Positions 60,630 to 64,000 of a stretch of DNA of 64,000 nt are shown piece after piece. Below the pieces are notes generated by a model. It saw nothing but the letters and a program-made list of their open reading frames with translations. It did no database searches and had not been told where the DNA came from. Every line of letters begins with the position of its first letter. Within the stretch, counting starts at the first letter, position 1. The stretch lies in the NCBI GenBank assembly GCA_964106645.2, contig OZ067046.1; one strand, given 5' to 3'. Position numbers and translations under genes: made by a program. The DNA comes from Podarcis pityusensis. Taxonomy: Eukaryota.

Positions 60630-63600
60630 CTTTAGTGGGCAGGGGCTGCAGGCTAGAGGCCAAAGGCACTTGTAAAGAAGAGATGGATTCTTACCTTTAT
60701 ACAGTAGGTTATAATCCAGCCATGCCAAAGCCACACACACACCCCTACCTCTGCTGAGGAAAGCAAGCAGCATTGTCAGAGTGCATGGGCACATTCCAGC
60801 CAGGCAAAAGCACCCAAGGAGGGCATGGAGCAGGACCAGGTTGAAGAAGGACCAGTTAGGAAGACCTGATGGGTCACATATGGCCTCTGGGCATGTGGTA
60901 AAGGGACATGCAGTGAAGCTGTAGTGGGAGTTTTGGGGAATTTATTGGAGACCTTTGAGATCAGCAGCCTGGTCATCTTATTTCCTTAAAGTGTGGTAAT
61001 GTAATGTAATTGACCACAGTTTAATCCTTGACATCACACCCACTTGTTCAGATGAGAAGTGATCATATCCCCCAATTCATTTTCAATGCTCAAGTGCTCA
61101 GGGGATATTTAGGTTTTAAGTGGCAGGCGACCTGCTAGGTTACTGAGTCGAAGGTCTACAGAGGAGTGTGGGAAGCACACAAGAGCATCAGGCTTCATTA
61201 TGCACCATCCAGTTGACAGGGGAAGAAACAATAAATGTAACCCATGCCCGAAGGATGTGTCACTCCCTTGGGAAGAAAGCAGCAACTCAGTCAACCTCAT
61301 TCCACCTGCATTTCATTTCACGCAACTGTCCCAGGCTGGATTTGAACTGGGGTTGTCGGCTGCACCTCTTTACCTGTAAGGAGGCTGGCTATTCAGTGCA
61401 GCAAGCAACTGTCTCGATTGCTTGCTGAGTTACCTTTGATGATGCTCCACTGTTTGTATATATCCTAACTGATGTAAAGTATGTATGTAGTAAAAAGGGT
61501 TTCTGGTGTTAGGAATGCATACTTTGCCCACAGGAAGAAGTTGCTGATTTGAGAAAAACACCAGGGAAGGAGGGAACGACAGTTATTTGCCTATGGAAGC
61601 AGTGTAGGCATACAGGGCCAAATACCTCAGGCTAAGGAATGTTTGCTTAATTTTGTTTATTGATTTTGCATAGCAACCTATTACATAAATTGCAAAACTA
61701 AATATAAAAGGCAATTGGACATTGCCAGATCCAAGAGTAGTTTGAGGTAGCAAAGTGGAGCAACAGAATTTGGAGCTGTGCCACTTCGGACTGCAAGTGG
61801 GAGAGTCATATTTTTGAATGTTCCCCCATGTAAAAGGAAAGAAAAAGAGCTATCAGATCAGTACAGCAGGGAACTGGGTAGGTTAAACTTTTTATTTTAT
61901 TTTACTAGAGGCAAGGGTTTGTAAGCACATTTTTTAAAAAAGTGTTTTACCTGCAGTCTGAAGTGGTACTGTCCATCATTCTGCCATGTGACTCTACCAC
62001 CTCATTCTTGGTAAGGCGTAGAAAAGCACCAAACTGACTATCACTTTAACATATCTCATTGCTAAAGGATTATAATACTCCCTTGTAAGGAAAAGCAACA
62101 GGCACAAAAATAAAGAAACAGAAAAGGGAAGGGCAGTAGCCAAGCTCAGCACATCAAAAGAGCAGGAGAAAAGGGAAGCAGATCAGATAGAATCCACTTT
62201 TCCTCAGAGAAACAGAAGAATTTTGTTACTGGAGTGTATGAACATGCTTTGTAGAACAAGTAGCCAGCAGTATCTGAGGCATGAAACTTATTTGGAAGAG
62301 ACTGCAGCTGCAAGTCATTTCTCCAGCTTTGTCTTAAAACGTTGTCCAATGTGTTTAAAGAGAGTTAAGAAGACAGACTGAAGTGACAGGCTTTTTGAAG
62401 CATCTTCCTTCCACATTAGAAGAGTTGTTTTTCATCCCAGTGCCATCACTTTAGTGGTAGTAAAAGGGCTTAAGTGGGATTGAAGTGGTGCCTGAGCCTT
62501 GTCTTGTGAATGTAACTCTCAGTAGAATGACACTAAACAGTGCAGGAAAACCAGTGAGTTGAGATAGTGGTATCTCACAATTAAGGCAACAGTGGCAATA
62601 AACTTCCTTATCTACCCCAGGCAAGGGAAGGATGGCAAAATGTAGGTCCTTATTTCAAAATGGCTGCAAGCTGAGAAGCGGGATTTGCAGAACCGACTGG
62701 GTTCTGCAGATACAGGACATTTATTGGGTGCCACTTCCAAGAGGGTGATTGAGATGAGGCCTGCCTTTACTTTGCCACTAAGTATATAAAGGCTGGTATG
62801 TGTTGCTGTAGAAAACGAGGTGGGTAAAGGAAAGCTGAACCAAATTCATGGTATATTATTAATTTTTATTATTTAAATATTATGTTAGCCACCTTTGACA
62901 AAAATCCCCCTGACGCCATTTTTACACTCCAAAACCAGGATGTTTCAGGAATTTTCCTGACGTATGGCAAGCCTAGCTCATGACAAATGCTTTACATAAA
63001 AAGAGGAAAGGATGGTGCATTTCAGAACATCTGGCAGAATTTCTTAGAACGTTGTGCAGAAAGCAGATCCCTTTCCCTTGTGCCCATCTACACTGTGTTT
63101 GGTTTTTAAAATTATTTTTAAAATCCCCTTCCCCCCTTCCTTCTGTAACTCTGTAACTGGGAAATGGGGAGAGGAATTATTTTATAGTAGAAATATCAAA
63201 AACTTTGAATTAAAAAAAACCTTCTTTGTAGGCTGAAAGGGACAGGGGAGGTCCATTGCATGCATGGAAGTCTGTTGTACCAGCAGAGCTGCAATGTTCA
63301 ATACAACCGCTAGATTATAAATATAAGAATCCACTGGAAGGCAGTAGCAGTCCATACACATGTCAGTTATCAAAACTGAGAATTTATGTTAGCATCACTG
63401 ATGATAGAGTCCAGGATGGGGAACCTTTGCAGCTGAAGGGCCTAATATTCTCTCATGGAAAAGGTTCCTGAGCCACCTACCAGTGATGGGCATGGCCGAA
63501 TGTAAAAATTGGGGGGAGAAACAAATGCGACTCTTACCTTTATGTAACAGGCTGCATTCAAGCCATGCACAATTCAGAGGTTTCTATACACACCTTTCTC

Positions 63601-64000
63601 CATCAATGAAAGTAGGAAAGGCTACTGCAGTTCAGGGACACAATTCCAGTCAAGCAAAATCACTCAAGGAGAGGGTATAGAAACACACTTTGTGTGTCCC
63701 CTACTCCCAACTGCTATACCCTTTTTGCCCTGTTTGCTCCTTTCTTTCTCCCATATGGCTCTTTATCACCGGCAGAACATCTATCCAGCATGCTACGCAG
63801 GTGCAAATGCTGAGAATGCTATAATGCTGAAACCTTGCAGGCTCCACCTGTAGCTTAAGTATTGAAGTAGGTCTGTAGAACAGGGAGGACTCTGTGAGCA
63901 CCATGAAACAAACATCTCCAGTACTGATGACTGAAGCAAAATGTATGAAAGAGCTGTTTTTGTTTTCCATTGCATACGCTTTTGCCCCATTAACATCTCT

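Overview
This is vertebrate non-coding DNA, almost certainly from a squamate reptile. The repeat repertoire (BovB RTE LINEs, squamate tRNA-SINEs, CR1 tails, many hAT, Harbinger and Tc1/mariner MITEs) fits a lizard, possibly a lacertid; that is inference. I recognise no host protein-coding exon, so the window is probably a large intron or an intergenic region. The only ORFs with real protein motifs are decayed retrotransposon fragments: BovB endonuclease/RT, L1 RT and an L2 C-terminus. The other ORFs in the track look like chance ORFs. The window has at least 15 DNA-transposon MITEs, most with resolvable TIRs and TSDs. It also has a clean 467-bp solo LTR, several nested insertions, microsatellites, a 43-bp x3 minisatellite and a 140-N gap. 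I found no convincing new multi-gene system. The best second-look items are: a mariner-type MITE carrying an array of GC-rich hairpins; a tRNA-Ile(GAT)/CR1 SINE; extra DNA at the 5' junction of all three larger BovB copies; an in-frame BovB deletion bounded by an inverted repeat; and several TE-poor, enhancer-like islands. Family names are from memory, not from database searches.
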